From positions 5,456,001 to 5,520,000 of the forward strand of contig NC_043011.1 of the NCBI RefSeq assembly GCF_006345805.1: a stretch of 64,000 bases of DNA, in the 5' to 3' direction. Numbering within the stretch: position 1 is the first letter of the stretch; each line of letters opens with the position of its first letter. A model generated the notes under the pieces. The model had not been told where the DNA came from and searched no databases. It was given only the letters and a program-made list of their open reading frames with translations. Both the position numbers and the translations under genes were made by a program. Below, in pieces: positions 22,820 through 36,150 of this stretch. The DNA comes from Octopus sinensis (lineage: Eukaryota).

Positions 22820-24990
22820 TCCCTCAAGGGACAGTTCAGTAACTTTTATGGACTTTCCAAAATCGACAGAAGTAAAACCATAAACGAAGCCTGTAGCAAA
22901 TCAACTTCTTTAGTCATAAATTTTCCACATCCGAAAGATCTCAAAATGAGACCAGTCCCTCGTGTGATACAAACAGACCCAGTAACTTTATTGACGTGGC
23001 CGGTCCCTCGTGTGAGACAAACAGACTCAGTAACTTCATTGACGTCCTCCTAAAACCTATTCTCTAACATAAACCGAGTTTTATAAGGGGTGATCTGAAC
23101 TTTTTAAAACCATCTCCCGAACAAAACCAGCAAGGACTTCCTTTTGGTTTCATTCGATGCAATAAACCTCTACACTTCGATTCATTGCAAATAGAAGCCA
23201 TATATTTCAGGCTGGAAAAATCCCCAAATGACATTCCTGATCGAATTGGAAAAGGATTCATCATTGAAGGAATAAAATTCATCTTACAGAACAACTTCTT
23301 CAACTCTAACGAGAACATTTATAGACAAAAATCGGGCACTGCAATGGGAACAAGGGTAGCCCCTACTTTTGCTAAACTTGTCATGACATACTTGGAAGTC
23401 CAAATATACGAAACACTAGACTGAAATTTGGAGACAACTTCCAAAAATATTTACTCACCAACTGGAAACGCTATCTAGATGATTATTTCATTCTGTGTTC
23501 GCATAACCTTGAGTAACTCTTAGAATGAAAAAAAAACTTAACGTTATTAACCACAATATCCAATTTACAATGGAATACAGCCACAAACAGCTACCCTTCC
23601 TGGGTATATTCAATCATAAAGAGAGATACTGAAAATGAAACCGACATCTAAAAGCCAACGGACTCAAAACAATATCTCCTATTCTCTTTCTGCCACCCAA
23701 AACACGAAAATAAATATACCGTTCATCTTAGCAAGAATTTGCACGATCGCATCAAACATCGAAACCCAAGATAAACGACTCCAAGAACTTAAAAACACAT
23801 TACTAGAAAAAAAAATACTCGGCCAGTTTAATCAAGAACGGAATAGAACGTCCAAAAACGATAGACATCCAAGAGTTACGGTAAACAAGAAAATCCCATG
23901 ATACACTTCAAACTTTATCTTACATATCAACACACAATCTGAGGAACATGAAAGCATACTACATCACCCACCATAACATACCTTTCCTTATGAATGACCT
24001 GCGAATGAAAAAGCATTGGAAACACATAGGATTACTAAAAGCAAGAGACAACCGCAATCCCTAAAAAGGTTACTCACCAAAAATACAACCCCACTAGTCA
24101 AAACATGCAACCACCCTAACTGCGGGACTTGCATGGGCTCAACATATAAGTTTAAGTCAGGTCAAACTTTTACCATAAAAAATCGAATAAATCTATGTCC
24201 TTAAATGTGGTGGGCATGATAGAGACTACATAAGTCAAACTAGTTTGACCTTGAGGACAGAGTGACGGTACACAGGCGACAAATCTGGGACCCCACGACC
24301 AGAAATATTCCAGTAAGCAAACGCCTAGACATAAATCAGAAATACCAAATGTCTCCCTCTCTATCAATGCACCGGAAACACTTCAACCCAATTCCGATTG
24401 AATAAGGAACGCATACTCATTAAAAATATAAACCACTGCTGAATATCCTTTAGAAAGAAGAAAAAAAAACTCAATTTCTCTGCACATCCCCCACCCAAAA
24501 AACAACAACAACAACCAGCTATAACAGGCATAATTCGAAAATTTTTGTAACAGTCTTCCTCTCGGGTTTCGAAACCGCAACTCTAAATCGCCATACAAAC
24601 ACCAGTTGCTGTCGTCACCTCTCTCTAGACTAATGAAATTTTACCTCCGATCAGAACAGGTCCTTTAGGAAATAAAACAAACTTATAAACCACATGGGTT
24701 TGTTTATGTTTCTGAACAAGATCGTCGCTTTCCGTGGGGGAAGAGGGGATCTTTTGAAGTCGGCGTGCATTTACACACCACACTTTCTGTCTCACACGTC
24801 CCATCAAATACACACACATCAATTCCTCCGCTTCACGTCGACCTCAAAAGATAAGTTCCCTCTCCCTCTCTCTCTTTCACTTTTACGCCAACTTCAAAAG
24901 ATCTCCTCTCCACCCCACATAAGTAAAATAGTAATTTTTTACGGAGAGCGACGATCTTGTTTAGAAACATAAACAAACCCACGTGCTTTA
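22820..24990 (+). mobile_element. Second Penelope-like element remnant (RT, linker, endonuclease, pLTR with inverted repeat)
   Basis: FYGLSKI..PKDLKMRP; FILQNNFF..YRQKSGTAMGT.VAPTFA; WKRYLDD; IQFTMEYS..LPFL; inverted repeat at 24692-24734 / 24941-24985. Confidence 0.85.
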
Positions 24991-26159
24991 AGAAGTGATG
25001 TAAACTGTTCGCCCTAGATTTCACTTCAGCCTTATCTGATACGTCCGTCGGCCTCCTCATCAACAACCTTCATCTGCCCGTCCGCCAAAGAAAATCCTAC
25101 TGACTTCTATATTTTCATACCCATTATTTCTCCTCTCATTCTAGACATATCAAATTGGCTCTGCCATTCTTTCAGTTTCTCAATCTTCTCCACTTGACCA
25201 GAACCGATTTAGTTTTCACTTCCAAATCTGAAGAAATGCAACACTTTTTCAACCGAGGACGCCACACTTTGCTGGGCCCAAACCCTCAACTATACACCTG
25301 CTCTCTTACCACTTCTACTCACTCATGTCTTATGGCCTGCATCCCACTTTTACATATCAAGTGGAAAATCGAGGATGTGACAGCTGGGTTAGATCGATAG
25401 ATCGATAGACCGAGAGATAGATAGGTAGATGGATAGGGAGAGAGAGAGAGAGATTCGTTTCCAGTTGAGTAACCTGGAACAGCGTGAATGAAATGCTTGT
25501 TCAAGGACACAGTGCACTGCTCCGTCCAGGATTCGAACTTACGACTTTCCGATCGTGAGCCCAACAACCTAACTTCTTGGCCATCTATCTATCTATCTGT
25601 GCGTGCGTCCGTTCGTCCGTCCGATATATAATTAGCACGTCCACGTTCAAACCCGCCGGACGTAGTAAGAGAGGGAATATGTAGGTCAACGTTTTATTTT
25701 GGGAGTTGGAGACGAAGAGTGACAGAAGGGAAATGTTGCGGGGGGGGGAAGGAGGTGGGAGGAGAGTGCAAAAAAAAATTTTGCTTCAAGTGAGGTAGAG
25801 AGAGAGAGAGGGGGTGGAGAGAAAATAAGAGCATTTCGTGTGGGGGGAAAGAAAAGTAGGCAAAGAGAGAAGAGACGAAGGAAAGGGAAGGTAAAGGAAT
25901 TTGGAATTTGTGTGAGGGTGAGGTAGGGAGTTAGAGAGAAATAGAGTGAAGGAGGGGAAAAGAGAGAGAGAACAAGAGCAATAAGGGAGGCGGAGGTGGG
26001 GGAGCAGTAGGAGAGGCCTGTAAAAGTCGAAAGACAAATAGCGGAGGAGGAGGGTAAAGAAAGACTAAGAGTGGTAAAAGAAGGAGTGGGGGGTGATGAT
26101 GTCGGAAGGAATTGCTTGTTAAGATGCAAGGAGGGAGGGAAGGGGGCGGTTCTTTTGAT

Positions 26160-26227
26160 GGAAAAGGTGTGAGCAGGACGAGAGAAATGTGAGAGTGAAG
26201 ATCACAGACGACAGGACGAGTTACTTG
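26160..26227 (+). other. Possible non-coding first exon (3' part) of the OXNAD1-like gene
   Basis: Canonical donor TTG|gtaagt at 26228, downstream of a CpG-containing non-repeat stretch (25600-25690). The exon at 47789 needs an upstream exon. 5' boundary unknown. Confidence 0.25.
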
Positions 26228-26496
26228 GTAAGTGAAACCGGATTAGTAAACAATTTATACACGGATATAAACGCCTCGCGCGCGCACAAACACACACATA
26301 CACGTACACGCGTACACACACGCACTCATACACATACATGTGCTCACAGAAGTACAGACATAATGGAAAGTTCGGGGACAACAAAAGCTGTGCGTTAAAC
26401 ACTTAATGACAACTGAAATAGTGAAAGGCCGGGACTGAGGAAGACAGACAGGCAGACAGACAGACCGACAGGAAGGCAGACAGACAGACAGACAGA

Positions 26497-27419
26497 TATG
26501 TTTCTTTATTAGCCACACAGGGCTGCACACAGACAGGACAAATTACAAGGTAGAGCTTTTCTTTTGGGGGTAAAAAAAAGGGGGTTTGGTTTTCGATCAA
26601 AAGGGATCGTAAAAGGAAAGAAAGAGGACAAAAAAGGGGGGGATAAAATTTAAAAAAAAAAAAGGTGGGGGAGGGAAAGGAAAAAAATTTGATCAATAGG
26701 GATCGTTATCACAGAAATGTCAATATGAAGTGTAAAGGGGAGGACAGGTGAGGTTTACCCGTGGAAAGAAAAGTCTACGGAAAAGACCACGGTAACCTCG
26801 GTCAATGAAGTCACATGTTATATTTCTTTCTTTTTTTTTTGCAAATAAGCAACTCTCTGTATTAATTTTTACGGTTCATAGAATCATAGTCAACGTGGCT
26901 TCGTCATTCATACGTGCCATCCTTGCTACATTCACCCATCTTTTTTTTAAACATTCACTAGACAAAGATAGATAGATAGATAGATAATGTTTCTATATTA
27001 GCCACACAGACGGGATAAATTACAAAGTAGAGCTTTTCTTTTTGGAAGGAAAAAAAAAACGATCAACAGGGATCGTGTATCACAGAAATGTCATGATGTA
27101 AAGTGTAAAGGGGGAAGCAAATAAGGTTTATTCGTGGAAAGAAAAGCCTACCGAAAAGACCACGGTAACCTCGGTCAATAATATCACGTGTTAACACATT
27201 TATTTGCAAGTAAGTAACTCACTGTTTTAAATTTTTCCGGGTTCATAGGATTATGCTCAAGGTGGCTTCGTCATTCGTACGTGCCATCCTTGCTACATTC
27301 ACCCATCTTTTTTTTAAACATTTGCTAGACAAAACTTGCCTCTCTACTCTCACTTTCCTTTTCAAGTGATACTTGAAGAAGTTGAGAGATTGACCAGAGA
27401 GGAAAGTGTTTGTCTCTAA
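26497..27419 (-). mobile_element. Two tandem Tx1-like LINE 3' ends (26497-26966 and 26987-27419) embedded in (GACA)/(GATA)n
   Basis: The two copies are near-duplicates; the minus strand encodes [27 protein letters not shown] (Tx1-like ORF2 end) and ends ..gtggctaataaagaaacat. Confidence 0.6.
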
Positions 27420-27420
27420 G

Positions 27421-27490
<70 letters not shown>

Positions 27491-27539
27491 GTAGGTAGGT
27501 AGGTAGGTAGGTAGGTAGGTAGGTAGGTAGGTAGATAGG

Positions 27540-27574
<35 letters not shown>

Positions 27575-27600
27575 GTAGGTAGGTAGGTAGACAGAGGTAG
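27421..27600. repeat. (GATA)n/(GGTA)n microsatellite
   Basis: Direct observation. Confidence 0.95.
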
Positions 27601-27893
27601 AGAGAGTGAGAGAAAGAGAGGGGAAGAGAGAGAGGGGTGCTGGATGTGAAGAAAGGACAAGGAGCTGGAACAAATGGCACAAGGAACTCTGTCAGTGGCT
27701 CTCAGGCCCCAGGGAGACTACATAAGATTTTTGGTCCACACAATCAAACTAGAAAATTAGGGATTCACAGTATTATTTTAAGGGTCCATGAAAAAATTTT
27801 GCTTTATATGTATTCATTGCAAGAATCAGCTAGGATTCTGTCCCTAATGCTTTATGTAGTTCAACAGGATTCTGGTGCCTGAAACCTGTCGTC

Positions 27894-30130
27894 TCAGAGA
27901 GTTTCTATTGTAAACCTATACAAGTGAATGGATGAAATGCGTAGAACATAGTGGAGAACAATGATGAACAAGAAAGGAGCGAGTGTGTCACCCTGCAGAA
28001 CACTTGCTTTGACTTCAAAGAAATCAGTCTCTCCATCAGGAGATATAACTGTGGCTGTGGTGTTTGTATACAGCAACAATCCTGGGAGGAACACCATAGA
28101 GTGCAAGGATTTTGAACATAAGATCTCTGCTGATGGAATTAAATGCTTTGCAAAAGTCAACAAAACAGATTGTGATGCTCTTGTTAAGCTTTTTCATTTC
28201 CTCCAGTTTGCAACAAATGAAGAGGATTTGAACAGTTGTTGTCTGGCCCCTTCTAAATCCACTCTGATTCTTATGAAGAAGTGGATCAAGCATAGATACT
28301 ATCCTATTAAGCAGAAGTTTGTTATAAACTTTTGCTGCAATTGGGATCAGAGTAATGCCTCTGTAATTTGCTGCACTTGTTAGATCACCATTTTTGGGGA
28401 CAGGGACAAGTCCATCCTTCAACCAAACTGATGGAGGCAAATGATGTGCATATGTGTCGCTGCAGAAACCTAGTAAGGTTTCATGAAATATCGGATCTTT
28501 CCACAGTAATGTTGGTATGTTATTGAGTCCTGGAGATTTATTGTTAGCAAAACTACTCAGATCAAACTAGTGGCGTAGATCAACACAAAAGGAACTAGAG
28601 AAAGGGGGACATTCATGGCAGAGTATAAGTACAGAAGCCAAAAATTATGCGACATGGAATTTAACTATAAGTGGCCTATACTCTGCATTGGAGGGTTAAA
28701 GGCAAGATAGAAAAAAATAACTACTGAGAGCTACTTTGAGCCCATCCAATGTGAAATTGCTTCTCTCACACGATCATCTGCATGAATTGATCTGTGCTTT
28801 ATTCTTTCCTTCTTTGGAAGTTTTGAAAGGGCAGTTTCTTCTGTGGCTTATACGAGGTTATGATATTGTATGCCAATGTCATCAGTGTTCTCTGAGTGCA
28901 TTTCAAACCGGTTTTTAACATCTACTGCAAATGAGTGCACTAAGACTTTATCTGATGTTACTTTGGACCAGTCCACCTGTTTCATGAGGTTTGGGACTGG
29001 TGGTTTTGATGATCTAAGGCTGAGAACGGTGCATATGGAAGCAACTCTATGATCTCAGTCAATAGATGCGAAGGAGGAGTATGCCTGTGCATTATGGACA
29101 CTCTTCTTCCACTTGCTCCTCACAAGTATGTTATCAATTTGTGAATAAAACCCTGATCGGTGCTGGAATGTCCACAAACACTTTTGGTGTTTCATGAACC
29201 TTGTGTTTGCAATCTGAAGTTGGAACTCATGAGCAGAATGAATCAGCTCTATCCCATTCTGGTTAGTCTCCTTTTGGGGCATTAAAATCACCTGCTATAA
29301 CAAGGAAGTTGTGGGAAGGGAAACTTTCTATTACTCCCTTCAGATTGGAGTAGAAGTCGTCTGGAAGTTTCTCATTACTTGTTTAAGTTGGGCAGTAACA
29401 CGCAATGAATATGGTTTGAGGGTTACTACTCAGCTCGGCAACGATTATACAGAGAGCAGGTTCTCTGAGGCTCTTGGAGACAAGAGAATACCAACACCAC
29501 CTATAGTAGAGCCCTAGGAGTTTTTGATAGCAGAGGTCGTAATAAGTTTGTATCTATCAAGGTTGGTGTACTTCAAGTCTGTGTCAGAGTGATGATGCCT
29601 GTGTTCTTGGATGCTCAAGATATCACCTTTGTTCTTTACACAGTGAAGTTCTTGTTTTCTCTTTGTCTTTGATAAAGTGCTGTAGACAACAGGTCTTTTG
29701 CACTTCATAGGTTTGTTTGTTGTTCCTGCATCTACCTCTATCTCTTCACAGCTACCTGCTCTAAAGAGTTTAGAGGTAGCTGGTCGTATATTTCATGGGA
29801 AACAAGGTGAGAATATGGAACTGAACAAGCAGGAGCTTGAATTCTGGTGCTGCAAGGGAACGTCATAGTAATTGTTTTGGTAGGTGATACAGAAGTGGAT
29901 CGCCAGTCCTACATCCGGGTATTTTTACATACGAAGCACCATCACAAGCCACGAGGTAAATTTATCCCATGCCAGACTCCAACTTGGTATTTCAGTTCCA
30001 CAGCTGGTTTTCTTATAAGAGATTTCCTTCTCCTAGGCAGGCTGCCTTCTCCTCGGCTCAGGGAGTCCTGTCTATCCCATTCCAGCTATGCAGGGCATGG
30101 GCATTATGCCAAATAGGGTGTACCCCCAGA
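27894..30130 (-). mobile_element. Decayed non-LTR retrotransposon (APE endonuclease plus RT), RTE-related
   Basis: DILSIQEH, SQIDNIL, PVPKNGDL..NYRGITL, QSGFRRG, FVDFCKAF, VLQGDTLAPFLF. Confidence 0.88.
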
Positions 30131-31615
30131 TACCTCAATCACAGATAGAGAGAGATGAAGATAAAATAGAGATAAGAGAATAAAATAAATTCAGAGATGT
30201 AGAAGTAAATAAAAATTAAAAAATTTGCACAATATATAAAACGTAACACTCACAAAAATACACGCATACAATACACATACACACGCTCGTGCACACACAC
30301 ACACACAGACATGCAGACACACACATGCACACACACACATACACTGACATGCACGTGCACACACACACACTCACACAAACTTTCACACATGCTTCATAAC
30401 CAAACATTGTTGAATTGGCCATTGACTACACAGTAGTTCTTTTGCCCTTTGACGGGCCTTAGTTTCTGTCCTGCAGGGTTTCCAACACCACCCTCCTCAG
30501 TAAGCAAGCTTGATAGGGTTGCCAGTCTAGTCACTGATGACCCGACCATGTGACAGGTTGTACTGGGCTACATGTTGCCTGTAGTGCTGAAGAGCAACCC
30601 GACAGTGCCTAGGTAGGTTTCTGTGAGAAAGGAATGTGGCCTGTATGTAGGTTCTCATCATTTCCTATGTATTCTAATCCTCAAGGCCATAACAGAAGAG
30701 TTGAAGACCAGTTGTCTGTGGGAAGTTTTGTGTATAAATGACCTCGTTCTCTTAACTGAATTAAAGATATGTAGTTGTTGGTGAGTGATTTCACGCCAAT
30801 CAGTAAAGTGAGTGTAAGGTGTCTGCACGTCTGTGACTCCTGTGTAGTAGCAGCACTGTTTCGTATGTGGGTGTGATAACTCACTGAGGGTCTCACCTGA
30901 GATTATTGGAAGCTAAAGTGGAAGGCCCAGTCTTATATATGTAGGTAATTAACCTTTTTGATGCTAACCTACCTGAAACCATTCCTGCTTCTATGTTACA
31001 AACCACCTGTTGTAAAATTATTTTAATTAACATTTTCCATCAGAATTTCATACTAATTCATGTTCAAACACTAGATTAATGACGACAAAGTTATTTTCAA
31101 AAACTATTATTTTCAAATTTAACCAAAACAAAGTTTATATCAATAGAAATATGATAAGAAGAGGGCTAAAGGTAATTTGCGAGTGATAAAAATAATTATA
31201 TATATATATATATATGGATGACTAAATTACATCAGTTACTATAGCCCACTGTTTGTATTATAGTGCATTGTTGTACCATTCAAAACTTTTTATTCTTTTA
31301 CAAACAATACACAATGCTTCAAACAAACTACAATACTCTCCTTTCTTTTATTTCCTGTTGATAATTGTGTTCTTAGATTCTTTGATTTTAGACTCTTTTA
31401 TTGGTTTCATTGTTGTTGTAATCAGAAATATTAAATTTCTAAATGTCTCAAAGAGACATGAGTGGTGGTGGAGCGATAGAGTGGTTGCATAATGTCAACT
31501 TTGAGACATTTAGAAATTTAATATTTCTGATTACGGTAACCAGTGAATAGATTTCACTGTAAATATATATATTTGTGAAGGCTGGACAGGCTCCTCAATC
31601 AGCAGATCTCACTAT

Positions 31616-31662
31616 CCTGGGCTGATGATGGGTTAAGACCCAGAAACATGCATGTCCTCAGG
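31616..31662 (+). ncRNA. Type I hammerhead ribozyme, canonical core (Penelope/retrozyme-like)
   Basis: CCTGGG-CTGATGA-TGGGT(TAAG)ACCCA-GAAA-CATGCATG-TC-CTCAGG: stem I 6 bp, stem II 5 bp, palindromic stem III, GUC cleavage triplet ending at 31656. Confidence 0.8.
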
Positions 31663-32342
31663 TGTGAATCTTGGCTGGTAGGGGTGCTTGCCTCCCCTTC
31701 ACAAATATAAGGACACAGAAAATGTGTCAAAGCCGACAGGAAGCGTTCGATGCTTCCTAGGGCTAAACAGCGGTGGTGTAATTCCCATACGGGACTGTCA
31801 CGATTGTTGTTGTTTAACATCAAGTAAATCCTCATGCAAAAAAAAATATCTAGAGTTACGAAGCCTTCAAGGCATAGCAATCCCATTTGTTTTCATATAT
31901 CAGAAAGTATGTTGCATTGTCGAATTTATCGCTGACGTGGCCGATGACAGTATCGCCTGGTTGGCACTTGTGCCAGTGGAACGCTAAAAGCACCATCCAA
32001 GCATGATCGTTGCCAGGGCCGCTGACTGGCTCCCACGCTGGTGGCACGTAAAAAGCACCATTCAAGCATGATCATTACCAGCGCTGCCTTACTGGCACAT
32101 GGAAAACAACGTTCCAGTGTGGTCGTTGCCAGTGCCACTAGACTGGCTCCCATGCAGGTGGCAAGTAAAAAACACCATTTGAGCATGGTTGTTGCCAGTA
32201 CTGCCTGACTGGCCCTCATGCTGGTGGCACGTAAAAAGCACCCACTACACTCTCGGAGTGGTTGGTGTTAGGAAGGGCATCCAGCTGTAGAAACACTGCC
32301 AGATCAGATTGGAGTCTGGTGCAGCCTCCTGGCTTGCATCTT

Positions 32343-32640
32343 GGCATCTTGGGCAAGTGTCTTCTGCTATAGCCCCGGGCTGACCAATGCCTTGTGAGTG
32401 GATTTGGTAGACGGAAACTGAAAGAAGCCTGTCGTATATATGTATATGTATGTTTGTGTGTCTGTGTTTGTCCCCCTAGCATTGCTTGACAACCGATGCT
32501 GGTGTGTTTACGTCCCCGTCACTTAGCAGTTTGGCAAAAAGGGAACAAAGAATAAATACCGGGGTCGATTTGCTTGACTAAAGGCGGTGCTCCAGCATGG
32601 CCACAGTCAAATGACTGAAACAAGTAAAAGAAAAAAAAGA
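32343..32640 (+). mobile_element. SINE family A, 5' truncated
   Basis: Same consensus from ggcatcttgggcaagtg onward. Confidence 0.85.
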
Positions 32641-32664
32641 AAAAAGAATACATACATACATATA

Positions 32665-33194
32665 TGAGGGTGAGTCAAAAAGTAATACCATTTTGTTTAG
32701 GACAGGTATAATTACCAACACAGGATCATGTATCAAACAGCAAAATGAAGCTTATTATGAGTTTATTGTTTTTCCTTTTGGCAAGAAATCAACCAGAATA
32801 ACACCTTGAGCATCCCAAAAGACAGTCTCCATGATTGTTCCAGCTGACTTTTGCATCTTTTTCGGTAGTGGTGCCATTCTATTGACTGCCTCTTTGATTC
32901 CAGTTCATAATGATGAACCCATGTTTCATCACCTGCTATGACCCTTTGATAGGTGTTGTCTCTTTGACTTTGTAGTGAAGAAATGGCTCAAAAAATAGTC
33001 AACAGAATTTTACGGGGCAGCAATACATGTCATTCGAAGGTGGAACATTGTTATTGAGAGAAACGGTGACTATATTGAGAAATAGGGATGTGATTCACAG
33101 AGGACCAGCTTCATTTTGATGTATGATACATGTTCCTGTGCTGGTAATTATACCTGTCCTAAACAAAATGGCATTACTTTTTGACTCACCCTCA
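32665..33194. mobile_element. Mariner-derived MITE
   Basis: Long TIRs tgagggtgagtcaaaaagtaat..ttgtttaggacagg and their reverse complement. Confidence 0.75.
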
Positions 33195-33307
33195 AGTGTC
33201 CTCGTTACCAGCGTTGCCTTACTGGCACCTGTGCAGGGGGCATGTGTAAAAAAATTCATTACCAGCATTGCCTTACTGGCATCTGTGTCGGTGGTATGTG
33301 TAAAATA

Positions 33308-33540
33308 GGGCAGCGAGCTGGCAGAATCGTTAGCATGCCGGGTGAAATGCTTAGCAGTATTTCGTCTGCCACTACTTTCTGAGTTCAAATTCCGCTGAGG
33401 TCAACTTTGCCTTTCATTCTTTCAGGGTCGATTAAATAAGTACCAGTTACGCACTGGGGTCGATGTAATCTACTTAATACCTATGTCTGTCCTTGTTTGT
33501 CCCCTCTATGTTTAGCCCTTTGTGAGTAATAAAGAAATAG
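33308..33540 (+). mobile_element. SINE family B, full length
   Basis: gggcagcgagctggcagaatcg through tagccctttgtgagtaataaagaaata. Confidence 0.9.
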
Positions 33541-33787
33541 GTATGTGTAAAAAGATTTGACCGTGGCCGTTGCCAGTACCGCCTGACTGGCCCCCGTGCC
33601 GGTGGCAAGTAAAAGCACCCACTACACTCTCGGAGTGGTTGGTGTTAGGAAGGGCATCCAGCTGTAGAAACTCTGCCAGATCAGATTGGAGTCTGGTGCA
33701 GCCATCTGGTTCACCAGCCCTCAGTCAAATCGTCCAACCCATGCTAGCATGGAAAGCGGACGTTAAACGATGATGATGATGATGATG

Positions 33788-33820
<33 letters not shown>

Positions 33821-34760
33821 TGTTTACGAATTTGTTTTGCAAGACTCCTGGTGTAAAATAGTGTGTTGAAACCAGTGGCAGCTCGTAGATGAAATTAGTT
33901 TGGATGCTGCTTCAGGAAATTTTTAGCCATTGTTTTAATATTGAGTAAAAAGAAACAAAAACATAAGCTCAATCAGTTCACGATAGGGAGGGGGGGGGAA
34001 TGTGCCCTATTTTTCAAATCCTGGCAGCAACACTGAAGCTGGAAGTAGAATAATAATCTAATTCTACACTTAATCACATTCAAGTACATAAACATGATTT
34101 TAAGCACAACACACGCAGAGTCAAAAAGAAACATTACTTTTCACCTGGCACTGTCGTTCATGCAGTACTCTCTCTCCCTAGTGTGAAGCTTCCTATCTCG
34201 GACATGTGAGCATATGCACAACAGCCAAACACCGCATCACTGGAACTGTGAAGTGCATGGTTCTATACAAGGATTTTTGTTTTTTCCATATAGCAGGGGG
34301 ATGGCTACTAACATGAAGCTTAAGGGTTATATAATGTACAAGTATAAAGAAAGAATTAAAGAAAAAGGACTCATTATATTGAATGTTATCGATAATATCA
34401 AGTGGAAATAGGGGGTGTTGCAGTTCTGCAGTTTCTATACATGAGCTGCCACTGATTGAAACAGATATTCTTATATTTCAGAATGGTTATTCCTTTTCTT
34501 GCCAAATAAGCAGCAACACACACACAATATATATTCATTCTTCACTTATTGTTCTTCTTATTTTATGTCCATTGTCTGGAAAACTTTTGCCACACACCTG
34601 TGACCTCTTTAGTAACTTTCCATCCCACGTATCTCCAAGACACATTGCTGAAGAGGTTACAGGTGTGTGATGAAAGATTTCCAGACAATGGACATAAAAT
34701 AAGAACAATAATAAACCAGAGATGATTTTTAAAATGAGAATATTTGAAATAAACTCGACA

Positions 34761-34886
34761 GGTTCAGTCCCACTGCGTGGCACCTTGGGAAAGTGTGTTC
34801 TACTATAGCCTCAGGCCGACCAAAGCCTTGTGAGTGGATTTGGTAGACGGAACTGAAAGAAGCCTGTCGTATATATATATATATAT

Positions 34887-34920
<34 letters not shown>

Positions 34921-35180
34921 ATTATATATATTATATATATATATATAATATATATGTATTATATATGTGTGTGTGTATTTGTGTGTCTGTGTTTGTCCCC
35001 CCAACATCACTTGACAACCGATGCTGGTGTGTTTATGTCCCCGTTACTTAGCGGTTCGGCAAAAGAGACCGATAGAATAAGTACTAGGCTTACAAAGAAT
35101 AAGTCCTGGGGGCGATTTGCTCGACTAAAAGGCGGTGCTCCAGCATGGCAGCAGTCAAATGACTGAAACAAGTAAAAGAG
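34761..35180 (+). mobile_element. SINE family A
   Basis: Same consensus. Confidence 0.85.
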
Positions 35181-35689
35181 AAAAAAAGAGAGAGCTCTCA
35201 CAAACGAGAATGCTAAAATGAACCTGACCACTCTCAAAAATTAAGTAAAGAAAGCAGAAAATTAATCCAGAATCCTTGTCCAGTACCGGATTGATCCCAG
35301 TCACAAGGCCAAATATCCCTAAAAGTTTCATCTGAATCCACCCAGCAGTTCTTGAGATATCTTGTTCACGGATAAACAAACAAACACAAATGAAGGATGA
35401 ATACATAATGTGTGTATTTATCTGGCAAGATTAAAAGAAAAAAAAGGACCAACCTGAAATATAACAATATAATCTTTATTCTTTTATTCTTTTACTTGTT
35501 TCAGTCATTTGACCGCGGCTATGCTGGAGCACCGCCTTTAATTGAAAAAAATTAATGCCAAGACTTATTCTTTGTAAGCCTAGTACTTATTCTATCGATC
35601 TCTTTTGCTGAACTGCTATGTTACTGAAATATATATTTCTAAAATATAAACACAGCAACATCGGTTGTCAAGCAATGGTGGGGTACAAA

Positions 35690-35694
35690 CACAG

Positions 35695-35766
<72 letters not shown>

Positions 35767-35776
35767 ACAAACACAT

Positions 35777-35813
<37 letters not shown>

Positions 35814-35920
35814 TGCATACAAACAAACACACACACACACACACACGCAAACATACGCACACACACGCAAACACACACACACACACACGCACGCGCGTGC
35901 ACACACATATATATATATAT
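35690..35920. repeat. (CA)n-rich microsatellite
   Basis: Direct observation. Confidence 0.95.
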
Positions 35921-36150
35921 ATTTCTTTACTACCCACAAGGGGCTAAACACAGAGGAGACAAACAAGGACAGACAAATGGATTAAGTCGATTATATCGAC
36001 CCCAGTGCGTAACTGGTACTTAATTTATCGACCCCGGAAGGATGAAAGGCAAAGTTGACCTCGGCGGAATTTGAACTCGGAACGTAATGGCAGACGAAAT
36101 ACGGCAACGCATTTCGCCCGGCATGCTAACGTTTCTGCCAGCTCGACACC
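35921..36150 (-). mobile_element. SINE family B, full length (reverse)
   Basis: Reverse complement of the consensus. Confidence 0.9.
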
